Positions 17,500 through 26,882 of a DNA stretch of 43,316 nucleotides are shown here, in pieces. A program made the position numbers and the translations under genes. Within the stretch, counting starts at the first letter, position 1, and every line of letters starts with the position of its first letter. Source of the DNA: a virus; the IMG/VR virus record IMGVR_UViG_3300016672_000064; one strand, given 5' to 3'. The notes beneath the pieces are model-generated. The model was given only the letters and a program-made list of their open reading frames with translations, did not search any database and was not told the origin of the DNA.

Positions 17500-18149
17500 T
17501 GGTTGAACCTCCAGGGGATTCCGCCGCGCGCCGCGATCTGCTGCGGTGTGTGTTGTTCAGTGCGGCGTTGCTGATTCATGTCGGAGGCCTGGGCCTTGCC
17601 CAGCCATGCGGTGTGCAGCTGCAGCTGGGCGCGCGCCTCGGCCCGGCCGGCCTCGTTCTTGAGCACCGGCCCGGCCAGATAGCTGGCCAGCAGGTGCACC
17701 AGCGCCTGCACCGCGAGCGGGGGGAACTTGCCAACGTCGACCGCCGCAGAGGTGAAACGGATCACTGCCTCGGGTTGATCGGTGACGATCACCTCGGTGC
17801 CGTCCCCCAAGGTTTCGATGTCGAACGGCCGCTCGATCTCGGTCAGTCCTTGGTTGTAATCCGCCGCCGCCCCGGGCGGCAGCACCGCGCGGACGCGCAC
17901 GGCCCCGGCGGGCATCGCGTAGGCGTAGGCCCACGGGCCCACCGTGGTGGTCAGGGGTGCCCCTTGCACGCGCCGCCGCGCGAACTTCCAGTCGTGCGCC
18001 TCCAGCAGCACGCTGCGCGCGATCGGATACCACTGCGCGCAGTGATCCGCCTGCGCCGAGCCTTCGGGCGGGTCGATGCTGACGACCGTGGCCTCATCGC
18101 CCAGGGCTGCCAGGGCCAGGTTGCAGATGTCGGTCTCGGTGGTTGCCAT
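17496..18149 (-). CDS. Tail tubular protein A/adaptor-like protein
   Basis: N-terminus TDICNLALAALGDEATVVSI....SAQADHCAQWYP.AR..LLEAHDWKFA is typical of podovirus adaptor/gp11-like proteins. Sits between the head and nozzle genes. Confidence 0.5.
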   Translation of the reverse strand: MATTETDICNLALAALGDEATVVSIDPPEGSAQADHCAQWYPIARSVLLEAHDWKFARRRVQGAPLTTTVGPWAYAYAMPAGAVRVRAVLPPGAAADYNQGLTEIERPFDIETLGDGTEVIVTDQPEAVIRFTSAAVDVGKFPPLAVQALVHLLASYLAGPVLKNEAGRAEARAQLQLHTAWLGKAQASDMNQQRRTEQHTPQQIAARGGIPWRFNQ

Positions 18150-18160
18150 GTCGAACCCTC

Positions 18161-18187
18161 AAAAAAGAGGGGGCGCGCGGCCCCCTC
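18161..18187 (-). terminator. Rho-independent terminator (minus strand) between head and tail genes
   Basis: Minus strand: GAGGGGGC-CGCGC-GCCCCCTC followed by TTTTTTG. Immediately followed by GAGGG and the ATG of the adaptor gene. Confidence 0.7.
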
Positions 18188-18206
18188 AACGCTCTGGCTG
18201 TGCGGG

Positions 18207-18416
18207 TCAGGCCAGGGTTTCGTCGCTGCCCTCGGGCTTGTCGCCCTCGGTCTGCGCACCCTTGCCCTTGGCCTTGCCTTTGGGCTCGATGGCTTCGATG
18301 GCGCCGTCGGGCTTGGGGACCGTGGTGTCGGGCAGGGTGACGACGTCGCCCTTGTGGTAGTGGCGGCACTCGCCGGAGTGCCACAGCTTGTCGGCGGTCA
18401 CGCGAAACTGCACCAT
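18207..18416 (-). CDS. Small hypothetical protein (69 aa, Lys/Gly/Glu-rich tail)
   Basis: ATG-initiated ORF in the head-gene series, between the cement protein gene and the terminator. Confidence 0.5.
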   Translation of the reverse strand: MVQFRVTADKLWHSGECRHYHKGDVVTLPDTTVPKPDGAIEAIEPKGKAKGKGAQTEGDKPEGSDETLA

Positions 18417-18430
18417 GGTTCAGTCTCCGA

Positions 18431-18883
18431 TCACAGGACGGTGAAGCCGCTGGCGTAGTACTTCGCGCCATGCACTTCGGTGTTGGACAGGTAGCACGTG
18501 AACGCGCCCGCGGTCAGCGGCCCGGTGGCCACCGTGTAGCGCACGCCCAGGTAGCGCTGGCCCACGGGCAGGGCTGCGTACACCGAAGGCGGCAGGCACA
18601 GGCTGATCGGGGCGCGGCCCGCGGTCAGTTCGGCCTTGCCCACGGCGCCGGTGGCCACCAGCACGTTGGGGCTGGACAGGTCGGCGTTGGCCGAGGTGAT
18701 GACCTCGAACGTGACCGTGGCCGAGCCAGCCGCGGTGACCGTGGTGTCCACGCCGATGTTGACGTAGAGGTCTTCGCCCACGCCGATGTCGCGGGCTTGG
18801 GACAGGTCGATGGTGTTGGTGGACACCGCGGTCGAGGTGACCGCTTGAGCGTCCGACAGCTTGAGGAGTGCGTCGAGCAACAT
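18431..18883 (-). CDS. Capsid cement/decoration protein (Bbp16-like)
   Basis: 150 aa immediately after the major capsid gene. MLLDALLKLSDAQAVTSTAVSTNTIDL... matches my recollection of the Bbp16 family. Confidence 0.6.
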   Translation of the reverse strand: MLLDALLKLSDAQAVTSTAVSTNTIDLSQARDIGVGEDLYVNIGVDTTVTAAGSATVTFEVITSANADLSSPNVLVATGAVGKAELTAGRAPISLCLPPSVYAALPVGQRYLGVRYTVATGPLTAGAFTCYLSNTEVHGAKYYASGFTVL

Positions 18884-18901
18884 GGTGGGTTCTCCTTCCG
18901 A

Positions 18902-19921
18902 TCAGGTGACGGGGGTTTCGGCCACGCCCAGCTGGTCGACCAGGCGGCAAGGCACGCCCAAGATCGTCAGCTGTTTGATGTCCTGACCGAACTGGTTGAT
19001 GGCTTCCTCGATCTTCAGCACGTTTTGACTGCGTTCAAGGGCCTGAATCATCAGACCCTCGTACACGCTGCGGTTCGCGTAGAAGGCCAGGCGGCAGTTG
19101 TTCTTGTTCGGGATGCGGGCCAAGGCCTTCACCGCGAGCTTGACCACGTTGGTGCTGGCGCTCAGGGCTTGGGTGCCGGTGACGCCGAGCCAGTCGCTCA
19201 TGTCGATGTTGGCGATGCGCACGGCATAACGCCAATCCTTGACCACCAGGCCGACGTCCCACTGGAACAGCGAGCGAGCGGCTTGATACCAGCCGCCGGA
19301 CGAGTCCTGCACCGATTCCTCGCCCAGGTCGCGCTGCTTGAGGCCGGCGCTCGAACCCTTCGGGAAAGGGCAGAACACGGTTTGCTCGCCCCAACCGATC
19401 AGGTACATGGATGCGTTGTCGGCACCCGCGCCGCCAGCCAGGATCACGTTCTGGCCGTTGCCCGCCGTGGTCGAGGAGTAGCGGGTGGCGAAGCCGGAGA
19501 AGGTGCGCAGGTCGGCGCCCACGTTGCCGTTGAACATCTTGGAAGCGATTTCCTGCCCCATGGCTTCGACAAACGCCGATTCTTCGCCGAGGCGCCAGGC
19601 GGCGCTGTTGCCGTTGAGCTCCAGCAGCTTGGCGTCGATGTGGCTGCGGGCTTCGGCCATCGCGCAGGGCTCGGTCACCTGCGCGGTGGTCGACTTGCTC
19701 GACGGCACGCCTTGGTTGTACGAACGCCAGTAGACGGCAGGCAGGCCGGTGCGCACGCTCACGACGTGGCTGGTGGCTTGGTTGGCCTCGACGACAACAG
19801 CGTCTTCCAGGATGTCGTTTTGTTGGCTCAACAGCTCGGCGATGGGATCGACTTTGCCGTCGGCGGTGAAGCGCTTGGAAACGTCTGCCAGGGTCAGCTG
19901 GCCAGTGGACAGGACGGGCAT
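18902..19921 (-). CDS. Major capsid protein (HK97-fold, Bbp17-like)
   Basis: 339 aa. Follows the scaffold gene, has a strong SD (AGGAG), and is followed by the cement protein gene. Confidence 0.8.
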   Translation of the reverse strand: MPVLSTGQLTLADVSKRFTADGKVDPIAELLSQQNDILEDAVVVEANQATSHVVSVRTGLPAVYWRSYNQGVPSSKSTTAQVTEPCAMAEARSHIDAKLLELNGNSAAWRLGEESAFVEAMGQEIASKMFNGNVGADLRTFSGFATRYSSTTAGNGQNVILAGGAGADNASMYLIGWGEQTVFCPFPKGSSAGLKQRDLGEESVQDSSGGWYQAARSLFQWDVGLVVKDWRYAVRIANIDMSDWLGVTGTQALSASTNVVKLAVKALARIPNKNNCRLAFYANRSVYEGLMIQALERSQNVLKIEEAINQFGQDIKQLTILGVPCRLVDQLGVAETPVT

Positions 19922-19933
19922 GGTGTGCTCCTA

Positions 19934-20557
19934 TCAGGGATTCATGTTCGGGTACAGGCGTTGCGCCACGCTGGCGTTGGGGGACTGGCCGGGCTGACGC
20001 CCGGTGATCACCTTGTCCTGCGAGATCGCGCGGCCTGCTTTGAGGAAGGCGCGAACGACCGCCGGGTGGTCGATCAGTCCACTGCCTTCCAGGAGGGTGT
20101 TCAGCTCGGCATCGCCGAACTTGGTGAGCGCTTCCTTTGCGGCCGCCAGGTTCTCGGGCTTGCCAAGCTCGGGGTCCGCTTGCAGCGCGGTCTGCCACTC
20201 CTTGCGCAATGCCGCGAGCTGCTCGGCTTGCTGCTGTGCAGCTGCCGGTGCGAGCTTGTCGAGCATGGCCTGCGCAGCCTCCTGCGTCATGTTCAGACCC
20301 TTGGCGAACTCACCGAAAGCCTTGAGACCGGCGTCGTCCATGTTTGCCCCGTCGGGCAGCGTGAACGGCGTGTAGGTCTCGGGCGCACCTTGAGGGGCGG
20401 CCGGCTCGGGGTTCGGGGCAGGGGCCTGCACGGGTGCAGGGTCAGCGGCAACAGGTGCCGGGGCCGGAGTGGCCGGGGTTTCAACGGGCGCAGCAGCGGG
20501 AGCCGGGGCAGAGGGGGTGGCGGCCGGTGCTGTCGGGGTTGCGGTGGTGTCGCTCAT
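19934..20557 (-). CDS. Scaffolding protein
   Basis: Start at MSDTTATPTAPAA (ATGA overlap at 20554-20557). Pro/Ala-rich N-terminus then helical region. Located directly upstream of the capsid gene. Confidence 0.65.
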   Translation of the reverse strand: MSDTTATPTAPAATPSAPAPAAAPVETPATPAPAPVAADPAPVQAPAPNPEPAAPQGAPETYTPFTLPDGANMDDAGLKAFGEFAKGLNMTQEAAQAMLDKLAPAAAQQQAEQLAALRKEWQTALQADPELGKPENLAAAKEALTKFGDAELNTLLEGSGLIDHPAVVRAFLKAGRAISQDKVITGRQPGQSPNASVAQRLYPNMNP

Positions 20558-20859
20558 TGGTTTTCGCCGACCATGGTCGGGTAGAGGGCCGGGGCTGCCG
20601 CGTGGACCAAAGCCATGAGTCGGTAGCCCTCCTGCTTGCGCCCTTCGGCGTGCGCCATTTCCATGGCGACATGCGAATAGGAGGTCTTGAAGACACCGGC
20701 CCGGGTCAGCTGACGCCACACAATGCGGCGCCCGCGCTTGCTGCCCATCAACCACTTGACGTCGTCGAGCTCCTGTTCGGCTGCCAGTTGGTCGCGTTGC
20801 GCTTGCGCAGCGCGTGCGGCTTCCTGGGCCTGAAGATCGGTCGGGTCATGTGGACGCAT
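20554..20859 (-). CDS. Bbp19-like small head-module protein
   Basis: 101 aa with ...KWLMGSKRGRRIVWRQLTRAGVF..S....EMAHAEGRKQEGYRL. First gene after element C. Confidence 0.5.
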   Translation of the reverse strand: MRPHDPTDLQAQEAARAAQAQRDQLAAEQELDDVKWLMGSKRGRRIVWRQLTRAGVFKTSYSHVAMEMAHAEGRKQEGYRLMALVHAAAPALYPTMVGENQ

Positions 20860-20899
20860 GGCCGCAATGTGCGGCCATGGTCTTGAGTCAGGGGCACCC
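20860..20899 (-). promoter_or_regulatory. Late-operon element copy C
   Basis: Box 1 at 20887-20899, box 2 at 20862-20870, ATG at 20859. Box 2 lies inside a perfect 23-bp palindrome at 20857-20879. Confidence 0.6.
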
Positions 20900-21009
20900 C
20901 TGCGACGTCAACGGAGGGAGAACGGCGGATCGCATCCGCGTGTGACAGGCTGGTCACGGACCGCCTGGGCCGCCGACATGGCCTGCGTGCTTGGGGCGGT
21001 CCTTGGGGC

Positions 21010-23262
21010 TTAGGCGCCACTAACGCGGTAAGCCGTAGTCGTGCTGGAGCGCCGCACACTGATGATCCCACCAGGGTTGCTGGCTGCTGTGCGCGTGATC
21101 GATGCAGTCGCACCGTTCATCGTGGCCGAACCGGACACCGCCAGAGTCACCTGGCCAGATGCCGGGATCAGCACATCAAATGATCCCACCGTACCGTCCA
21201 GCGTCAGGGTCAGGCCCGTTGTGGTCACATCCAGCGTGGGGATACCGGCAGGCGGCACATCGGCGTGGGTCAGCGTCTTGCTGGTCGTGATGGCAGGCAC
21301 AAGCAGTTGGCCGCACGACTCGATTTGCCAGTAGTTCGTGCTGGCTTGTGACCCATCCGTCCGCATGAAGCGCAGCACCGCGAACGACTTCGGTGCCAGC
21401 GTGATGCTGGTCCAGCCCGCCACCGCATTGATCGTCATTGACCCCTGGCAGTTGAGGGTCAGCGTGCCGTTGCCTGCGTTGTAGAAGTAGTACGCAATGC
21501 CTGGGTATCCAGCATTGCCCTGCGTCAGGTTGGCAGATGCCGCGCCGGTCGTGTTGTAAACCTGCACCTGAGCCCAATCGTTGCCAATGCCCGCGTTGGT
21601 CACGTTGCCGAGTTGCATGGCAAACAAACCAAGCTTGGTCGGGAACGCGGCACGCGAGTCATTGCTCGCGTGGATCGCCGTGTTCTTCTCGAGCCACATA
21701 GACATATTCGTCGTGGTCGCGAACCCGCCGACCGTCGGGTCATTGGTGATGTTCATGACCAGGCCGCTGGGCATGCCGTTGGTCAGGCGGAACGGGCGCT
21801 TGCCTTGGTAAGCAAGGCGCGAGCCGCCCTCCATGTCCAACATATCGCACGCACCGAGCGCGCGGATGTTGTTGTCGTATCCACCACCGCGAACAACGAA
21901 GGTTGCGTAATACCCAACGCCACCCAGCGCCGTGCTATCCCACGCACCAAAACCAGATTGCAGGTATGTGCTCGATGCGTTTTGCAGCACCGCCATGACC
22001 GAGCCAGTGTTTTCGATGTCGATTTCGGTGACCGTGCACGCGGTCAGGCCGCCAGAGGAACCACCGCCCTGGTCAATCGGGTCGTAGCCGACAAACAACC
22101 CAACGCCGCCGCGCCCGCCGAGCGTTGCATTGACTGTGCCTGTGCCCCCCGGCGTGATGATCGTGTCACCGCGCTTGTAGCTGATCGTGATGGTGCCGGG
22201 ACCAGTCGTTGCGCCGGGCGTTTGGGGGGTGACTGAGCGGATGAAATAGGTGTCGTCGTTGCGCAGCCCCGTGACGGTGCCCCACGACGTGCTGGCCTGC
22301 GAGTTGAACATGACACAGTTGTTGACCCGGTAGTTCGACACATCGGCCACCGGAATCTGTGCGTTGCCTGCCGTGACAGTCACTGTCTCTGTGACCAACA
22401 CGCCCTTCATCATCACGGCGCAGCCCTTGACGTGCGTGTCATTGAGCGATGCATTCGCACCGCGACACAGCAACTCAACACCGCAGGCGAGCCGGTACTC
22501 GGACTCGCATGTCACTTGCTCGAATTTGATTTGGCCGTGGTTCCAATAGGCCGAGCCGCCAGTGATGTTGGAGCCCGACGAAACAATGCTGAGGCCACCG
22601 CCGCGATATGCAAACGCATTGAGGTGCTCGCCGCGCATCACATGGCAGTTTTCAAACCAAAAGCCACGGTCCAGCGCACCCACGGATGCCACATTCTCCA
22701 CAACGGCATTCTCGACGCCCTCGATGTACCGGGCGCCGAGCTTGATGCCAAAAAGACCCCCCTCGACCTGCAAATGGCGAACCGAGAAACCGCGAATGGA
22801 TGACGCCTTGAACTCGCCACCCGTCGGGAACGGCGTTGCCCGGTCCTCCCAGTTGTAGCCAATGACCGGCTTGGTCGTGGACGTGCTGCGAATGATGGTG
22901 CCCGCATCCACGACATCGCCGAACATCTTGACGCCCATGCCCGTGCCACGCAGCTCCACATAGGGCCGCGCTTGGATCATGTTGTCACCGATGTTGTAGA
23001 TCACGCCCTTGAGTTGCACGATGCCGCCACCAGCAGCCCACGCCATTGACAGGGCAGTCTCGATGCCGAGGTAGTCATCGGTCAGCGGTGTGAACACAGC
23101 CCCACCGCCAGAGAGGGGGTTGATCTGCCCGTCCGTGTCCCGCGACGCATACCCGTCGGCGATCCACATGGCCGCGACCTCGCGCGGCACGTCCAGGTTC
23201 TCGCCGGGAAAGCGCCGCGCGCCGCTGGCGTCGTCGAAGGTCTTGAGGATGTTGACGAGCAT
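21010..23262 (-). CDS. Tailspike/depolymerase with right-handed beta-helix (pectate-lyase-like) domain
   Basis: 750 aa. AAGGGIVQLKGVIYNIGDNMIQARPYVELRGTGMG resembles a Pectate_lyase_3 N-cap. The rest is a long Gly/Asn/Thr/Val-rich repetitive beta sequence. Visibly lower GC than its neighbours. Confidence 0.7.
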   Translation of the reverse strand: MLVNILKTFDDASGARRFPGENLDVPREVAAMWIADGYASRDTDGQINPLSGGGAVFTPLTDDYLGIETALSMAWAAGGGIVQLKGVIYNIGDNMIQARPYVELRGTGMGVKMFGDVVDAGTIIRSTSTTKPVIGYNWEDRATPFPTGGEFKASSIRGFSVRHLQVEGGLFGIKLGARYIEGVENAVVENVASVGALDRGFWFENCHVMRGEHLNAFAYRGGGLSIVSSGSNITGGSAYWNHGQIKFEQVTCESEYRLACGVELLCRGANASLNDTHVKGCAVMMKGVLVTETVTVTAGNAQIPVADVSNYRVNNCVMFNSQASTSWGTVTGLRNDDTYFIRSVTPQTPGATTGPGTITISYKRGDTIITPGGTGTVNATLGGRGGVGLFVGYDPIDQGGGSSGGLTACTVTEIDIENTGSVMAVLQNASSTYLQSGFGAWDSTALGGVGYYATFVVRGGGYDNNIRALGACDMLDMEGGSRLAYQGKRPFRLTNGMPSGLVMNITNDPTVGGFATTTNMSMWLEKNTAIHASNDSRAAFPTKLGLFAMQLGNVTNAGIGNDWAQVQVYNTTGAASANLTQGNAGYPGIAYYFYNAGNGTLTLNCQGSMTINAVAGWTSITLAPKSFAVLRFMRTDGSQASTNYWQIESCGQLLVPAITTSKTLTHADVPPAGIPTLDVTTTGLTLTLDGTVGSFDVLIPASGQVTLAVSGSATMNGATASITRTAASNPGGIISVRRSSTTTAYRVSGA

Positions 23263-23265
23263 GGT

Positions 23266-24930
23266 TCAAACTCCCGAGGGGATCGAGTACCCCGAAAACT
23301 GGTTCATGAGATCGCCGCCCACCGAACCGGCGCCGCTGGGAGACGTGGCCAGGTTCTTGACGGTCTGTGCGTTGAGTGCGGCCTGTTCGGCCTGGGCCTG
23401 CTGCTGCGCGGCATCAGCGCGGGCCTTGCGGATCAGGGCCACCTTGTCGCCGGCCACGATGAACTCGGGCGACACGCCCGTCATGTCGGCGTATTCGTCG
23501 GCCCACGTGTCCGCGTCGAACTTGTCGAGCACGTCGGGCTTGAGCTGGGCCACCACGCCGAGGTTGGCGACAAAGCGGTCCACCGCATTGGTCGACACCG
23601 CGCGCTGGGCCTGCGCCAACATGCTGACGAATTCGACGTTCAGGTCTTGGTCGGCCAGGCTGTCAGGCGGGGGAGGCAGCACGCCGGCGCGCAGCAGCTC
23701 GTCGAAAGTGTTGTTGACCGCAGGCACGTGGGTCTCGTGCGTCACACGCTCCAGCACCGGGCCCAGCATGAGCATCTTTTCTTCGTACCGCTCGGCCACC
23801 TCGGTGGCGGTCATCTGCGTGCGATCGCTCGACGCCAGCATCAGGAACAGGTTGGTGTGGAAGGACTCGCGGATGCGCTGGCGCACGTCCTGCAGGTCGC
23901 CCAGCAGGAAGTCCAGCCGCAGCGGCACCTCGAAAGCGGTGCGGATCGCGTTCTGCGGGCTGTCGACGAAAGACACGCCGCCGGGCAGCAAGTCGGCACC
24001 ACCGGCGCGCAGCGACACCGGAACCTGCACGGGCGGGTCAGCCTGGAAGCTGATCGCCTTGCCCTTCATCATCTGTTCATGTTGCAGCTGGCGCACCGAG
24101 CCCAAGGCCAGCATGCCCGGCCCGTAGCCATAGACATCGCCGCCGCGGGTGTGCCACCGTGCGCCCCAGCCGGGGAAGGACTTGAACCCGCTCACGCGCA
24201 GGTACTTGTCCTGGTTGCCCCCGAGCTCGAAGTAGACCGACTCGAAAGGCATGTTCTTGCCGTCGAGCTTGGTGCGGTCGCGGTCCTCACGGGGCCGAAT
24301 GGCGTGCACCACCTCAACCCAGCGCTGACCGTGGTTGTTGCGGTAGGACTGTTGCACCGAGGGGCTGCAGTTTCCCAGCCCAAACTCGCGCACCAGCTGG
24401 TTGACCGTGGCCTCGAAGTGGCGAAACAGGGTGTCCACCTCGCCCTTCCAGTTGGTGGCCATGGCGTACTCGCCCACGGTCAGCGATTGGAAGTGCGTGA
24501 CGGTCTGGAAGTCGGGCACCTGCAGGCACGCCCACGAACCAAACCCGCCCAGCTCCTCATAGCCCATGTGCATGGCCCGGTAGAAGTTGGACTTGTGGAA
24601 GACCCGCAGCATGATCTTGGTGACCTGATCCAGCCACACCTTGGCGTCGTGCTGCTTGGCCAGGTCGGGGTCGGCCGTGGTCAGTTTGAACCACGGGCGC
24701 GCCGGGCTGTTCATGCCTGCTTGCATGCCGGCAGCCAGGGTTTCAAGGGCCTGCGTGCCGGTCTCGTCCAGGATGTTGTTGTGCCGCTTCTCGCCCCGGT
24801 TGCGGTCCTGCGCGAAGAAGCGCCCCGAGCGGGGCAGCAGGTGGTCGCTGATGTCCCGCCAGTGCGAGACCCAGCTGGCGCGCTCGGTCTTGAGCGCTTC
24901 CCAGACCTGCAGGTGCTCGTGGTGGCGCAT
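23266..24930 (-). CDS. Portal (head-to-tail connector) protein
   Basis: About 554 aa downstream of the terminase genes. ATG at 24930 (TGATG junction); the TTG at 24933 in the track is rejected. Confidence 0.8.
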   Translation of the reverse strand: MRHHEHLQVWEALKTERASWVSHWRDISDHLLPRSGRFFAQDRNRGEKRHNNILDETGTQALETLAAGMQAGMNSPARPWFKLTTADPDLAKQHDAKVWLDQVTKIMLRVFHKSNFYRAMHMGYEELGGFGSWACLQVPDFQTVTHFQSLTVGEYAMATNWKGEVDTLFRHFEATVNQLVREFGLGNCSPSVQQSYRNNHGQRWVEVVHAIRPREDRDRTKLDGKNMPFESVYFELGGNQDKYLRVSGFKSFPGWGARWHTRGGDVYGYGPGMLALGSVRQLQHEQMMKGKAISFQADPPVQVPVSLRAGGADLLPGGVSFVDSPQNAIRTAFEVPLRLDFLLGDLQDVRQRIRESFHTNLFLMLASSDRTQMTATEVAERYEEKMLMLGPVLERVTHETHVPAVNNTFDELLRAGVLPPPPDSLADQDLNVEFVSMLAQAQRAVSTNAVDRFVANLGVVAQLKPDVLDKFDADTWADEYADMTGVSPEFIVAGDKVALIRKARADAAQQQAQAEQAALNAQTVKNLATSPSGAGSVGGDLMNQFSGYSIPSGV

Positions 24931-25259
24931 CAACCCCCCAGCAGCTGGTTGCGGCCCAGCGTGAGGTTGTTGGTGGCCGCGCCGCCCGGCCCGGTCAGCA
25001 TCGTGCTGCCCACGCCCTTGGTCATGGCGTTGCCGGCCAGCAGGGCGGCCAAGTCAGGGGCTCGGCGGTTTGCGCGATTGGTAGCCTGGTCGGCCAGGTC
25101 TGCCGCCTTGCGTGCGTCTTCGCGGGCTTGCGCCTGCGTGCGCTCCTGCAGCTCAAGCGCTTGGCGGCTTTCTTCCGCCTGGTTGCCCAGCAGTCCGCCG
25201 AGCAGTCCGCCAACAAGGCCGCCAAGCAAACCCTTGCCCTTGAAAAGTCCGCCGAACAT
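24930..25259 (-). CDS. Gly-rich small virion-module protein
   Basis: MFGGLFKGKGLLGGLVGGLLGGLLG then a charged helix. GGAGG SD is supplied by the upstream mini-ORF. Confidence 0.55.
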   Translation of the reverse strand: MFGGLFKGKGLLGGLVGGLLGGLLGNQAEESRQALELQERTQAQAREDARKAADLADQATNRANRRAPDLAALLAGNAMTKGVGSTMLTGPGGAATNNLTLGRNQLLGG

Positions 25260-25291
25260 GGTCAGGCCTCCGACATTGCGATGTCTTGCAT

Positions 25292-25332
25292 GGACCGCAA
25301 TGTCGGGCCGGGGGCGTGAGTCAGGGGCACCC
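25292..25332 (-). promoter_or_regulatory. Late-operon element copy D (feeds a 9-codon mini-ORF at 25262-25291)
   Basis: Box 1 at 25320-25332 starts 2 nt after the TerL stop. Box 2 at 25295-25303. ATG at 25291 opens MQDIAMSEA*. Confidence 0.6.
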
Positions 25333-25334
25333 CG

Positions 25335-26882
25335 TCAACGGGCGTAGGGGTCGAAGCGCCGGCGTGCCTGCGCGATCTGGCTGACCGCATCGCCCGCGGC
25401 TTGGTGGAACTCGGGCACCGGCTCGGCGAACGTGAGGGCCAGGGCGTCAGCATCGTCCGGACTGGCCAGGCCGCGCTTTTTCATGTCCTCTTTGCGCTCC
25501 AGCTGGATCTGGTCCTTGAGCGTGAACTGGTACTCGACGCTGGTCAGGTCGGTGGCCAGGGTCTCGTCCTTGTCGATGCAGCCCACCGCCAGCCAGTCGC
25601 GCATCGCGCCCCAGATCTCGGCCCGGCGGTTGAGGTACTTGCGCGGGTCGCGGGCTGCCGCCCCGAACTGCACCTCGATGACGTCGACGCCGATCTGACG
25701 CAGCCGGTCCACCACGCCGCCGCCCACGCCGCCGCCGTCGACGAACACCACGACACGCAGGCCCATGCCGGTGAGGTAGGTGACATGCTCGGACACCCGG
25801 GCCGCCAGCTGCATGGTGTCGAGGCCCTGGAACCGCTTGGGAGCGATGCTGCGGGCATCCCGGCCCAGACGGGTGCGGATCACGCTGGCGTCGTCACCAA
25901 AGCGCGCCACGTCAACGCCCACGCATGCCGTGCGGCCTGATGTGTTGGCGGCCTCGGCATCGCGGCGCATGGCCTCGTCGACCAGGCTGCGCGCGATGAA
26001 CTGCGTGCTGCTGGCGTTGGGGAAGACACCGCGCACGCGCACCTTGACGAAATCGGAGTCTTCACCGTAGTCGTCGACCCACTCCTGCAGCAGCTTCTTG
26101 TTGGTGATCGCCACGTCGCGGCTGTCGATCTGGCGATTGATCCAGCGGTGGCGCTGCTTGCCGAAGCACTCGGCGAAGGCGCCGGTGTTGCGCGTCGGGT
26201 TGCCAAACACGAAGTGCATGGGCTCGCCATCGGTCTTGCCTCCCTCGGCCACCTCCCATATCTTGTCGGGGATGGCTGATGCCTCGTCGAACAAGTACCA
26301 CGGGGTGCTGCTGGCCGCGTGCAGGCCCGCAAACGACTCGCTGTTCTCCTCGCGGCAGGTCTGCGCGTCCACGCGCCAGCTGTCGGGAAATTGCTTGTGC
26401 GTCAGGCGCATGGCGCCCTTGCCGGTGTTGACGTTGAACCAGTGTCGGGTGATGCACTTGGCGCCCCACGACGCCACGCCGGCCCAGGTCTTGGATTCCA
26501 GCTGCGGCGCCGTGTTGGCGGTCACCACGCCCTTGGAGTGGGGGCGGGTGCTCACGATCCACCAGGTCAGCCATGCGGACATGGCCGACTTGCCGATCCC
26601 GTGGCCCGAGCTGACCGCGTACTGGATGGGCGCGACTGCGTTGACCCCATCAAACCCGCGCTCGCGGACCTGGCGGCCAATGTCCTCAAGCATCTGACAG
26701 GCCCAAAGGTCGGGGCCAAAGTCGCAGCCGTACTGCATCCGGTACTCGGCGGGCAGGCGAACCACCTGCAGCGCCGGATCGGTGTCCCAGGGGAAGGCGA
26801 ACATTACGAACGACAACGGATCGTCGTAGAACCTGGCCATGTCCTCGGCCAGCTGCTTGTCGAGCGTGTCAGCCACCGGCAC
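25335..26882 (-). CDS. terL: Terminase large subunit
   Basis: Walker A SGHGIGKS and a C-terminal nuclease-like region. The start is uncertain: GTG at 26882 (overlaps terS) or ATG at 26840. Confidence 0.85.
   Translation of the reverse strand: MPVADTLDKQLAEDMARFYDDPLSFVMFAFPWDTDPALQVVRLPAEYRMQYGCDFGPDLWACQMLEDIGRQVRERGFDGVNAVAPIQYAVSSGHGIGKSAMSAWLTWWIVSTRPHSKGVVTANTAPQLESKTWAGVASWGAKCITRHWFNVNTGKGAMRLTHKQFPDSWRVDAQTCREENSESFAGLHAASSTPWYLFDEASAIPDKIWEVAEGGKTDGEPMHFVFGNPTRNTGAFAECFGKQRHRWINRQIDSRDVAITNKKLLQEWVDDYGEDSDFVKVRVRGVFPNASSTQFIARSLVDEAMRRDAEAANTSGRTACVGVDVARFGDDASVIRTRLGRDARSIAPKRFQGLDTMQLAARVSEHVTYLTGMGLRVVVFVDGGGVGGGVVDRLRQIGVDVIEVQFGAAARDPRKYLNRRAEIWGAMRDWLAVGCIDKDETLATDLTSVEYQFTLKDQIQLERKEDMKKRGLASPDDADALALTFAEPVPEFHQAAGDAVSQIAQARRRFDPYAR

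Noticed and set aside
19934-20755. Long versions of several track ORFs: scaffold from 20755, SLT protein from 14900, SSB from 35796, PolA from 36657, VRR-NUC from 41477, the 33584 start, the 38976 start and the 27961 start.
   Set aside because: The upstream extensions overlap the preceding genes extensively and lack SD sequences. Internal ATG/GTG codons give 1-, 4- or 8-nt coupling overlaps or have proper SD sequences.
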